A stretch of 64,000 nucleotides of DNA from positions 372,001-436,000 of the forward strand of contig CP110440.1 in the NCBI GenBank assembly GCA_026914245.1, given 5' to 3'. The position numbers and the translations under genes were made by a program. The stretch is from Puccinia triticina. Lineage: Eukaryota. Under the pieces are notes generated by a model. That model saw only the letters and a list, made by a program, of their open reading frames with translations, ran no database searches and had not been told where the DNA came from. This document shows positions 1 through 11,801 of the stretch, piece by piece. Within the stretch, counting starts at the first letter, position 1, and each line of letters starts with the position of its first letter.

Positions 1-271
1 CAGGTGCAATCCATCAGCGAATTCTACCGAAAATTGCAACATCTTCCGATAAAAGCTGCTCTTAACTTGAGAAAAAAAATCCCTCGAATCTTGCTATGGC
101 TGCGTGGTTACTATACTTTATAGTTGAGCGCTCTTTCATTCATCAGGGAATGGGATCGTAAATCTTACCACCAATGATGGACTCTTTAGAACATCTCCTC
201 TCAATGACCGGTCTGTGCCGCTGTGGTAATGAGGGGAGTAACATCTCCTCTCAATGACCGGTCTGTGCCGC

Positions 272-1223
272 TGTGGTAAGACCAATCAACCATCAACTAC
301 ATCAAATCATAGTATATTTTAATATTGAAATACAGTACAAACTACATACAAAACATATTTAGTACAAATAACCTCCATATTAAATTTCACTCAGCTGTCA
401 CAATTATTCTCACACCCAGAAAAATGGTAACATTTTTTTACATAAGTATCAGACATGTAAGAAATCTCATAGTAACATTCAAGAATCACCTCTAAGAAAC
501 AGCTCATAGATGTATTTTCCATATAAGAGTAGATATACAGTAGATACAAAGTAGATCTCAGAATAGTTTCCACTCTCAGAGTATAATCACATCTGATACA
601 CTCTTCTGTGAAAAGAAATTCCTAATTAGATAGTAAAATACCAAGCCCTTTTGTATTTCACACAGCTGTACACATCCTATAGTAGAAGAATCTTTCAGCT
701 ACATATTTCTAGTCTCAGACAAGTTTATTTACTATAAAAGGAGGCCTTTTCTGCCCCTTCCTGTTTTCTTCTTTCTCCATGTCAGCACTTGATAGTAATA
801 TTGTAGATTACTAGCACTCATCACTTGATATAAATAGTTGAATTATAATATTTTGCAATATTAATTGATATATATAACTTGCCCCCTTGACATAAAAAAA
901 TTTCATGCATATAATAATTCTCTTTACATCACTTGCATGTAACAATCCTCTTTACATCACCTACACATAACATTCCTCTTTACATCCCTTACATACAACA
1001 TTCCTCATCTCTTGCGCACTGAACACAGGTAACTAGGGTTCAGAGTCAGATATAATTAAGAATAGTTCTAAAGATTGCACCACACTATAAATTCTTAGTG
1101 TACATTCTCCCAGAAGCTTATTCAAGGAAGGCAGCCCTTCAAGCACCCGTGTAGTCTGTCATTATCCGTGACTTCTACATTTCCCTTCCAAGCTCAGATC
1201 ACGCCTAGCGTAGAAGTTCCACA
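272..1223 (+). mobile_element. Solo LTR of a Gypsy family related to the element at 10764-19046
   Basis: Begins TGTGGTAAG and ends GAAGTTCCACA, matching the TGTGGT...GTTCCACA termini of the intact element's LTRs. It interrupts an ATGACCGG..CCGGTCAT repeat unit at its CCGG position (flanks CCGC / CCAG, degenerate). The interior is AT-rich with short CTCTTTACATC repeats (~918-1000). Confidence 0.6.
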
Positions 1224-1475
1224 CCAGTCATCAAGGGGAGTAACATCTCTCAATTACCAGTCTGTGCCGGTCATTGAGGGGAGTAACATCTCCTCTTGAT
1301 GACCGGTCTGTGCCGGTCACCGAGGGGAGTAGCGCCTCCTCTCAATGACCGGTCAGACCGGTCATCAAGGGGAATAAAAACTTCTCTGGATAACCGGTGT
1401 GTACCAGTCATTGAGGGGAGGTGCTACTCCTCTTGATGACCAGTCTTTACCGGCCATCAAGGGGACTCACACCTC
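1224..1475. repeat. Array of imperfect palindromic units CTCRATGACCGG-N5-7-CCGGTCATYGAG
   Basis: About six units visible; the same unit occurs at 191-270, 9570-10320, 10500-10763 and 19047-19250. Confidence 0.85.
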
Positions 1476-2080
1476 CACAGCAGGTCAAAGTCAACGTCAA
1501 GTTGACACCCCTCAGGGCGTCCCCGCAGCCTCGAACGGCCGACACGCCCCCCCCCCCCCCCAACGCATCTGGAAGGGCGCTCTTTGGGGGCGGCCGACCG
1601 TGGCATCCTGAGGAAACCTGCAAGGCAACATGTAATGGCGCCGCCACAGCCCCTGCGTCAGATGGGCGCAATGGTGGCGCCTCAAGTGGACACCCTTGGC
1701 GTGGCTTTGGAGGGCCGCCTTGAAGGTGTCCGGCCGGGGCGCCAGGGCGACCCGCAAAAGGCAATGTGGAGGGGGGTGTGGGTGCCTGTAGGTGTCGCCG
1801 GGGTGTCATCTTCTCAGTCAGGTTTCTGGACGATTTTTTGGATGTCAGGGGAGCATCCAGGAAGCCCCTTGGGAACCGACTCACCAGGCGTTGGTCAGGC
1901 TGGCTTGCGGGTGGCACCCTGGCGTCTGGAGTGGTAGGGGGCCTGCAAGATATTGACCTCATGGCTGCGTCATTCAAAGCCTTGTCGTGGGCGACTAGGG
2001 GCGGCCGTGACGGCAATCAGGCGGAGGGCACCCGTGGGGAAATATCCACGGCGGCTGGGCGACCTCATCGCTTCTGGGGG

Positions 2081-3183
2081 CAAGACTGAAAAGCTGCGCT
2101 ACACTGCAGAAAGCGGCGATTTTAGCGCAGCGCAGCGGGCGCCGCTAACCCCCCAGCCCAAAAAGCTGAAGCAGTAGCGTCCCCGCGCTGCGCTACCGCT
2201 TTCTGCAGCGAAACACCGCTATTTCCTTGGATGACATAGGGTAAGCGCAGCCAAAAAAGCGGCGCTTTCGCTGCGGGAAAGCGCAGCGATAGCGGTGTGC
2301 GCTTTCAACCGCTACTGGGGCGCTTTTGCGCGCTGCACCGCTTTTTAGCTGATACTTCTTCCGCACTTTTGGCGCTGCGCAGTTAATTCAGCTCAAAAAG
2401 CAAGCGCGATTATCTTGCTTGCGCAGCTAGCTCAGCAACGGTGGAGCGCACCTTCTCAGCTGCCACCAATGTTTGTTCATCAGGGCGGGCCGGACTTGCG
2501 ATGCGATCAATTGAACGTGCTATCAGCAGCCACTTGTGATTACGCGGCGGGGTCAAGTTGGGTGGGGTTTTTGAAGATTCTCAGCAAAAAAATCGACCAA
2601 GACTCAGGGGGTATAGGTCACTTTTTTAGTTTCTGTTTCTTTTTGAGTATATTTTCTCTCTATCGCGGCAAACATGCAGTAATATTAGCTATGCTGCACT
2701 AATAAAGCGTGAAAAGCGGAAAAGCGCGCAAAGCGGGAACCCAGATTATAAAAGCGGGATTTGCCGCTGCAAATCCCACTTTTCTAGCGAAGTGCCGCTG
2801 CGCTGCGCTACCACGCAGCGGTTTTGCGCTTCTGAGGCGCTTTTGTGGTCCGCTAAAAAAAGAGGAATTTTCCCTCCGTTTTCAAAAAGCTGAAGCTGTT
2901 GGAATTGATGGAATATGTGCTTCATGCCCAATATTTGTGGCTGAGCCTTATCATTGTATCATCCAACAGTTACCTGTAAGACCAATGTGTGTTTAGCTCA
3001 GTGGTATTAGAGCAGCTCTCATGAATGTAGAAGGTCATGGGTTCAAATCCCATAACACACAATTCTTTTCATTTCATTGAACATTTACAGAAGCGTTAGC
3101 GGAAAATTGCTATAAAAAAGTGCAGCGCAGCGAGCCCATTTCCGCTGCGCTGCACTACTTTTAGTGCAGCGGTTTCAGCCTTG
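2081..3183. mobile_element. Non-autonomous hAT-like element (CAA...TTG ends, 7-bp TSD)
   Basis: Left end CAAGACTGAAAAGCTGCGCTA versus right-end reverse complement CAAGGCTGAAACCGCTGCACTA. Flanked by CTGGGGG at 2074-2080 and 3184-3190. GCGCAGCG-type subterminal repeats; no transposase ORF. Confidence 0.8.
2987..3061 (+). ncRNA. tRNA-like (pseudo-tRNA / Pol III) sequence inside the hAT-like element
   Basis: Acceptor stem GTGTGTT/AACACAC, D-stem GCTC/GAGC with A-box TAGCTCAGTGG, T-arm ATGGG-TTCAAAT-CCCAT, followed by TTCTTTT. The anticodon arm does not pair well. Confidence 0.65.
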
Positions 3184-4691
3184 CTGGGGGTCATCCGGCC
3201 GGCGGGACATGGTGCGCGTAGTGGCCGCTCAGGGGGGCGCATAGGATGCGAGGTCCGGCCGGGCGATGTGAGCGCCGGACACCGGGTAATGGCGTCTGGG
3301 AGGGGGGGGGGGGGGGGGGAGGGCGTGGCACGGGTGATTGGGGGCGCGCAGGGGCACGGGAGACACACTACCAACATGGATGAATTTGTGATGTCATATA
3401 TTGATCAATATAGCGTATATTGATCAATTTATAATGATCAAGCGGCATGACAAAACAATTGAAAATATCTGGCATGGGTTGTGAAAACAAACCATTTAAT
3501 GGAGCACAAGGTGGGAGTTGGTCATAGTGTAGTACTAATCAAACAACTCTCAAAATCTGACCTAGGTGGTTTAGGATTTGGGCCTTCATGTTGATGTCAC
3601 AGTGATTATCAAGCCACTTGATATACTGGTGGAGCTGGTAAATGGTTTGTGGTTTGTGGGTTTTCCTCCAAGGTGACCATGTTGGGGGAAGGGGGGGGGG
3701 GGGGGGGGGGGGACCAAGCATATCACAGTAGAAGTAGGTTACCATCTTGAACAAGCATAAGCCCTTGGTTGATGGAAATGAGTGGTAATTCTTTTCAGGA
3801 GTTGAGATGTTTTTTAGGACATATATTCAGATCAGGGCCAGTTGGTGTTGACAATTTGATACATTCAGGGGCACCAGGGAATAGCTTTTTTGACTGATTT
3901 GCACATTTTTTTACATATGCTTGAGTCATAATTCCATTGGAAAACCCAAATTCCCCAATGAACAGTGGGGTTCTGCAATTTGTATGTAGAAGACTTAACT
4001 GAATTTTGTCAGAAATTCTTACATTTCTGCAATTTGTGGTGTGTGTGAGTTTGGATTTTCAAGGCAATTCATGCCTATTTTGGGCATGAGTTTTTGCAGA
4101 CTGCGGGTTAGATGGGGAATGGAGAGTGGACCAAGCATGGCAGTTTTAATGGGATGCGGTTGTGGCGGGGATATGGGCTGATGGGGTAGTAAGAGGGAGA
4201 AAAGTGGCCTTGCTGGGGGTTGAAACCTGCAGCGGCGAAGCCACTTTGGCCTCTAGTATTCATAGTATTACAGTGCAGGGCCAATGCCAAAATCACTCTT
4301 TGAAAAAAAGGAATGGGCAGTAAGCTGTGCTCCTGTGTATTTTTGGAGACTCCTGCCCTGGCATGTTTCATGCTATATGATGTTTATAGATGATGGTGTG
4401 ATTTTAAACTACTTGACATATCTGATAGTGATGATGCAGCATCTGATGTGATTCATGTGCAACTAGGTTTCAAAGCACAACTGATGGCTGCACAGACCTC
4501 ATCATCCTTAGAAAATGTACTTTTAACTTAGTCCCATAGTGTTTCAGCAAATGAATTCAGGAGTTGTTTTAGAAACAGTAGATGCAGTACTTGTGGCAAA
4601 ACACATTATAAAAAGGGTGCTAATTTTCAACAACTTTCAGGCCCCAGGGAAGCTTCACAATCCACATTCTCCTACCAGCATACCACTCAGG

Positions 4692-6848
4692 ATGGGATTT
4701 TGTTCAAAGTATCTCAAATTTTCAGCTTTGTTGGTGGCTGTGTGCTCCTTAAAATCAGCTCAAGGACTAGTAAATCCAGATTCAATCTTGGAGAAGGAGA
4801 ACATTGCTAGCAAATCAGCAGATTTATCCCAGTCTTTATTGCAAAAAATTATGTTGAATAAATTTTGCTCAATGTTGTATCTAATATCAGATGAATTCCT
4901 TTGGAAAGTATGCTTTTGTTTATGGACACCTGCTGATTTGCCATCCATCCAAATTCATTCAATGTGAATGTAACAGATGAAATGGGAGATGAAGCTACCA
5001 AGAATTTAGAAGAACCCATACAGCTCCCAAATGCTAGGAAAGAGGAAGCTGATTGGCATTCAGTATACACCATACTCAATGACAATTTGTACTATCTAAG
5101 CCCAAACAACAAAGCCATTGTCAAGCAACAAATAGATGAGATCCCCCAGCTTAGAAATGAAATGAGTAAGTTAAGTAAACATAGAAATAAGTAGATAAAC
5201 ACATTGCTTAGAAAGCAAATCCATTGCAAACCATTTGCACCTTATATATAGTTGTAGGATCTAAACAAACAGGACATAGCAGTCAAGGTATTTTTCACTT
5301 TTGTTTAAAAAAAAAAATTATGACAAAGCCTTGGACTGAAAGAAAAAATAATGATTCTGTGTGACTGATAGAATTGCAACAGGAAGAATTTAATTCACTC
5401 AGAGAACGTATGATCAGTGTGATTGATCTATTTTTTGAATGGGGTAGTGATTTTCCATTTGACTGGAATTTTGATAAATACATCATGATGAAAAATAATA
5501 TCAGAGTTTTAGAAGAAATACATGAAACTATGAAGAATTTTTTGTCCCTGGCAAATGAAACTAAACCATATGTCAAAGAACCATTCTCAAAATGAGAAGT
5601 ATATGATAGTTTTTGACATACCAAATCCTTTGCTAAAAAAACTTGGAGACAGATTTTATACAAGATTGAATAATTTAGAAGATCATCAGAAATCTCATGA
5701 TGAACTCCTGGAGCATGTATTTAAAATGAGTTCTGGTTTCCAAAGCAAACCTGGAGATGGGAGTTCCTTAAGGCTCCAAATAAATTTCTTTGAAACAATG
5801 TACTACTTCCACAAGCATAAGCTCACCCAGTCAGACTCATTTGCTCATCTGTTCAATAAATACAATACCATATTGGATGTTTCAAAAGCTGTGTTTGAGA
5901 ATTCAAAATACAACCAAGATCTCCGAGAAAACTTTTTACCTCAAAGTAGCAAGAATGCTCTCAACAACTGGTATTATGTCTCCCCTTTTGGGAACATGTT
6001 GGAAGGTGAGATATTTCCTATTTTCCATCTAGAGATTGAATTATTGCTAAAATTCTCATCCACAAAAACTGATAGACCTTGGAGAGAAATACAAAAACAT
6101 GTTTTCACATGAATACACTAGACTTTTATTTGAGGCATATGAAAAATCTGGAGAAATTATAAATTATCACAAAGTAACAAGAACATGGTTGGGAAAATAT
6201 TTATTTGGGGACTCTAAACGTAAAATCAATCCCCAGTTGAAGGGAAAAATGTCAGAAATTGGGGGGATCATGTTTGGTGATACTCTGACCACAAGAAGAA
6301 TGAGACCACATGATCCAGAAATGGGAAAAGCATGGTTGAATTCAGAAAAGGGATATTATAAAATATTGATTGATGCTTTCACCAACATTCACATTTATGG
6401 GGGAGATAGTAACTCTGATTTGGAGTTGACCCTTTTATTCTATCTGATAGAATATTGGAAAGAATACTACCCAAAAGAGACTGAAGAAATTGAAAAAAGT
6501 TGTAAAGAATTTCAAGGACCCTATGCTTTGATGTCATCAAGTAGTCAGTTTCTTGCAAAATTGGAAAAAATAGAATTTTATCTGGCAAAAACATTCTTTT
6601 CAGTTGAGCCGGCACCTTTTTCAATTGGAAATAATAAGAAGATAGCAATGGAAAGGATCAAGAAACTGAGAATTTTGGCAAAATATCTAATGATCATTGT
6701 AGATGAACATCCTAAACCAACTCCAACTATTACCCCAGAAGATAAACTGTACAGATATTGCCAATATCGGATTATTGATCGCAGGATTAGGCATTTGAAA
6801 AAGAAGATTTGTAGGCTAGTTAAACACTATTCACACTACTCACACTAA
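4692..6848 (+). pseudogene. Multi-exon secreted-protein-like host gene, frameshifted
   Basis: Signal-peptide-like start MGFCSKYLKFSALLVAVCSLKSAQG. Consecutive overlapping ORFs lie in different frames (4964-5194, 5374-5595, 5555-6112, 6099-6848). Intron GTAAGT at 5166 to AG near 5370. No recognisable domain; strongly CpG-depleted. Confidence 0.55.
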
Positions 6849-8738
6849 GCTAGACAAAAAAAAGGATAAAGATTTGTTCTCTCATATGCACCTGTGGATA
6901 GCTTCAGTCTACACTGTGGAATTCAAGCAGGAATTCAGCATTACTTCAGCTCCAGCATTATCAGTCTCAATACTCTCAATAGTAAAGCCTCTCAAGATTC
7001 AACAAGATCAGTTCAATTAGCAGCTCTTCAGGATATGCAAAATTATGAAAAATTTGTTTCAAGATTCATTATCCAGAATCTCATCCTCTTCCCTTCTCTT
7101 TCATTATTCTCATTCTTCCTCTTTCTTGGTCCTAACACATATATCATGTGGGTTTATTGATCCTTTTGTGGCTTTACTCTTTCCTGTGATTGTTTTCTCC
7201 CTTACTTCTGTGGTTTGGTTTATTTCTCTTTCCATCTCCCTGTGCATGTAAGGAGATGATGAGAGGTATCCAAAAATGATGTAACTATGAAAATACATGT
7301 GATTTAACAGCTGTTACACTGTATTGTAATTGGAATCTGTTACACAGGCATAAAGAAAGCCTGTACACTATGAAGAAAACTCAACTATCTGCTGCAAGTT
7401 GACATGCAGCATACTCAAGTCCATACCCAGTTGATACCAGGCTCATACAAATGAATCCCAGGGTGGTACACCCTGGAATATTTGGAAGCTACTCAACTTC
7501 CATTCTAGTGCATAATGCACTAGACTGAGGTATATGAAACATCCTGAGTGGCACAAGAGTCCTTAGGCAAATCAGCTGGCTTGCTAAGCTATGTGTAACA
7601 TAACTGGGCACATCAGCCCATCCAGACCAGTCAAATTGAACAAGTCCACAAATCACATCTGTGTACAACCATGTTAAATGAATCCCTCCTGGTTGACAGC
7701 AGTACTTATAACACCAAGTCAACCAGGAGGAATCCCTCCTGGTTGACAACAGAAAACAACAGCTGACCGGGAGCAATCCCTCCTGCTTAACAGCTGATAA
7801 GACCATTTCTAGATTGCCAAGAGCAACACCGCAAAATCTACGCTGCGCGTAGCTGCAAGCATAGTGAAAGCATATCAATTTTGACCCCAATTTGCTGCGC
7901 TTTTAGTAGTGGGCTGGGCGCTACACTTTTTGCTACTTTTCTTAAGGTGAAAAAACACACAAAAATAGCAAGCTATTTTCAGCGGCAAATAGCAGCATTG
8001 TGCTACGCTTCACCACGGACGTTTGCTCAGCACCTGTTTACAAGTGCCTTTGCACAATCCATGCTGAGGTTTGGTCCAATCATTGTAAGGTACTGGTTTG
8101 ATGTTGGTTTGATGTTGGTCTGATCTTTGTTCAAAGAATGGTTGATGTCAGGCGCAATCTAACCAGATCCGAACTGGAATTGTATGAGTTATATTGTGGA
8201 AGGTACATGTAGAAGATACACCATACCTATGCTGAAACTAAGTCCAACTGTGATCAGGTGGACTTGATCCACAATATAGACCAAATATATGAATGTTTTG
8301 ACTTGATTTTTTACCTCCGTGTATACCCATACCCTGTAGATTTCTCTGATGCATGTTTTGGTATTTTTTTGGGTCAGCCTAAGTACACTCCAAAAAAGTC
8401 CCAAAAGCACTCCACAAGTGAGTGTATGGAGTGCGCGCTCCAATGATTGTTGGACTACAGAGTAGAATACTCCAAGTTGGCTGGAGTGCAGAACCAGGGA
8501 CTCAAGAGTCTTTGGAGTGCACCACAAAGAACTGCAGTGGCCAGCAAATTTATTGAGTGCCGGTGAGTCCCACTCCATAAAATTAGAGTGCATATCCCCA
8601 GCACTCCATTCATGATATTTCTCCTCCCTGAAAGGGGAGTGCAGAGCTCTCCAGCCAGAGCTGGAGTGCATATGGGGTTCAAGTTGAACCCCAGTCAAGC
8701 AGGATATACTATGTACACACCCTGTCTGGCCCACCCGG

Positions 8739-9492
8739 TATGGAGCTCCGTCCGGTGCTAGGCCGGCGGCAGCGCTGGGAGGGGATAGGTGTTGCGTAGA
8801 CTGCCCTCATGGATGGTCCGAAAGATGAGGCGTTGGGATTCAAGTTGATAGCTGTTTGAGGAGTGGTTTTGAAGTTGTTCGCCGGGGTTTGGATCCTCGG
8901 CGGCGGTTTGTTTTGATGGGTGATTGGACTCTTGGATTCGGACTCGTGGGACTCGGAAAAAAGATTCTTGAAATTTTGATAACCCCTGACTTGGATCAGA
9001 ACAGGTGCTATGGCCTCCCATCCTCCAAGTTTGCTGGGAACTTGGATTACTGGAGGCCTGTCACGCATATGTCATCATCTCCTCGCGCGCCATGCGCGCA
9101 CACCCACAAAAGACAACAGAGAGAGGAAAAAAAAAAGAAAACACAACACAAAAATGAAACAGGAACAAAACACAACCAGACACAAGGATGAATCAAAAGA
9201 AAAGGAGAACTGCATGAGAACAACTAAGAGGTAAGAAAGAAGAGGAAAAGATGAAAGAAAGGACATGAAGACAAATCATAAATAAACCCACAGAATTCTG
9301 TGTTAGGACCAAGAAAGGGAAAGGAGTAGGGGAGAAGGGAAAAGAATTGAGGAGGTGAAAATGAGGAGAGGTGGAGATGAACTCTGAGTCTTGAGTATTG
9401 CAGAGTGAATCTTGAGAGATTGGAAGTCTTGAGGTCTTGAGGATTAATCTTGAAGGTTGGATCTGAAACTGACTACCATTTAGACCACCACA
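8739..9492 (-). mobile_element. Solo LTR (754 bp), same lineage as the full-length Gypsy
   Basis: On the + strand it starts TATGGAGCTCCGTCCGGTGCTAGGCCGGCGGCAG (compare TGTGGAACTCCGTCCGTGCCAAGCGGCGGCAG at 10764) and ends CCACCACA. CCGG on both flanks (8735-8738, 9493-9496); similar A-rich middle. Confidence 0.85.
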
Positions 9493-9564
9493 CCGGATGC
9501 CCGCTGACACCTCTTGATCACTGGTACACCACGGGGGCAAAAGAAAAAAATCTTGATTGGAGTG

Positions 9565-10324
9565 GAATCTCCTCTCAATGACTGGTCCATGCCGGTCATC
9601 AAGGAGACTCACACCTCTCAATGACCGGTGTGTACAGGTCATTGAGAGGAGTGATTCCCCCCGATGACCAGTACAGACCTGGATCAAGGAGGTTCACACC
9701 TCCTCTTGATGACTGGCCCGTGCTGGTCATCAAAGGGAGTCACACCTCGATGAAAGGTGTGTACAGGTCATTGAGAGGTGTGATTCCCCCCAATGACCAG
9801 TACAGACCGGCATCAAGGAGATTCACACCTCCTCTCAATGAATGGTCTGTGCCGGTCATCGAGGGGACTCAAACCTCTCAATGACCGGATTGTGCCGGTC
9901 ATTGAGGGGACTCAAACCTCTCGATGACCGGTACAGACCGGTTATCAAGGGGACTCAAAACTCTTGATGACCGGTACAGACCGGTCATCAACAGGACGTG
10001 TTACTCCTCTCTCCCCTTGATTTCCATCCAGGTCATCAAGAGGAGTAACACCTCCCCTCGATGACTAGTCTGTGCCGGTCATCAAGGGCACTTTCACCTC
10101 TTGATGACCGGTCTATACGGGTCATCAAGAGGAGTAACACCTCCCCTTAATGATCATCAGTCTGTGCCGGTCATCGAGGGGACTTACACCTCTCGATGAC
10201 CGGTCAATACAGGTCATCAAGGGGAATAATTCCTCTTGATGACCGGTCCGTACCAGCCATCGAGGGGAGTAACATCTCCTCCTGATGACCGGTCTGTGCC
10301 AGCCATTGAGGGGAGTCACATGTC
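9565..10324. repeat. Array of ATGACCGG..CCGGTCAT palindromic units
   Basis: About 18 units of ~40 bp. The array resumes at 19409-19700 after the nested insertions. Confidence 0.85.
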
Positions 10325-10763
10325 CTCTTAATTAGAGATGGCATATGGCACCCGGGTACGTGTGGCAGGTGCGGGTACCCCCCTGTTTTTTCACAAATTC
10401 CTCACACCCGCACCCGCACCCGGCACCCGCCATGGGAGGTACCCGGGTGCATAGGGGGAGGTACCTGGGTGCCAGGCACAGGTACCCGGGTATCACCTTT
10501 GATGGCCGGCTGACCGGTCATCAAGAGGTTGTAGCGCCTTTGATGACCGGCTGACCGGTCATTGAGAGGTTTTATCCTCCTCAATGGCTGGCTGATCGGT
10601 CATTGAGAGCCTTTATCCTTTTCGATGACCGGTCAGCCGGTCATCGAGAGGTTGTATCCCTTTCGATGACCGGTCAGCCGGTCCTCGAGAGGTTGTATCC
10701 CTTTTGATGACCGGTCAGCCGGTCATTGAGGGGTTGTATCCCTTTTGATGACCGGTCAGCCGG

Positions 10764-11604
10764 TGTGGAACTCCGTCCGTGCCAAGCGGCGGCAGTTGTT
10801 GGAGGGGAAAAGTTTGGGGGAATGCCCTCCGGGAATTGGTCGCTGAAAAAGTGGGGGAATCTATGAGCGATGGGGTATGGGGGTGTTTGATTTACAACGG
10901 CGTTGAGCGCGCGTCGGCGGGGTTGTGAGTTGAAAAGGGGAGGAGGAGAAAACTGGGAAGAATGAGGGAAGTTTGGGGATGTCGGGGTCGTCGAAGTGCG
11001 CCGGAAAGCGGGGTCAGGAAGAATGAGGATCGACAAGAAAACGCCACGTGCGTGATGAAAGAGTATCCCAATTGTTGGGATGGATAAGGCTCAGAAGGCG
11101 CTCAGAGTGCACTGATAAGGTGATCGGTAAAATTTTTGATAGGAAAATTATGGTTCAGAGTCTTCCCATGCTGTCCCATCATCTGAGTTTGAACTGAACT
11201 CAGACTCCGGGCGCAGCACGCAGCGGGACCTTCATCATACACCCACGCATGCAACAAAACAAAAAAAAAGAGAAAACAGACAAAAGGAAACAAAACCAAA
11301 ACAAAAACCCACACATAAACAAAACACAAACCAAACCAACCCAGCACATAGCACAACCATCCAACACGCGCGTATGAGAAATGAAACAAACAACTGAGAG
11401 CAAAAAAATAAAAGAAAGAAAGGAAACAAAAGAAAAGATCCAAAACCAATTGTAGAAAGGGAACCAGCACGCCAAAGATCCGGAAAGATTGAGTCCTGAA
11501 ACGGGTTACATCCGGGAAAATTGATCCTCCACGCGTCTTGATGTCTTCCGCGCGCCGTCGCGAGTTTCGAAGTTGACCCCGCGTGTACAAGATTGAACAC
11601 CACA
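10764..11604 (-). repeat. 3' LTR
   Basis: 841 bp; nearly identical to 18206-19046 (I noticed two substitutions). Confidence 0.95.
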
Positions 11605-11614
11605 TCTCCTCCCC
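11605..11614 (-). promoter_or_regulatory. Polypurine tract
   Basis: Minus strand GGGGAGGAGA directly abutting the 3' LTR. Confidence 0.85.
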
Positions 11615-11801
11615 AAATGCAGTCTGTCCCTAGACTGCTGCGCGCCGGTTGCCAAGAATTGAATGAAATCCGCGCCTAAGAGGTCCAAAGAAAGTGGGGA
11701 AAGAAACCAAGGGCCACCGCGGTGCTCACAAACGTGGCATAAAGTAGAGTTTTGACAACTTTAAAGAGCATCTTGCCCGGAGGTGCACAACTGGAGAGAA
11801 C

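Noticed and set aside
1421..3423. GC-rich ORFs of 100-190 aa
   Set aside because: Low-complexity overlapping ORFs on both strands with poly-C/G runs, split by a MITE; no motifs. Probably a non-coding TE remnant whose ends I could not define.
7660..8700. Small repeats (GAATCCCTCCTGGTTGACA, GGAGTG/CACTCC, GCGCT-rich patch)
   Set aside because: Probably decayed MITE fragments; no matched ends or TSDs could be established.
9565..10763. Regularly spaced palindromic repeats resembling a CRISPR array
   Set aside because: Units are degenerate and the spacers resemble each other rather than being unique. There are no cas genes and the context is eukaryotic TE DNA.
11102..11605. Hydrophobic F/L/V/C-rich ORFs (also 18544-19054 and 9075-9266) resembling membrane or env proteins
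   Set aside because: Translations of T-rich LTR sequence, open in several frames and duplicated with the LTR.
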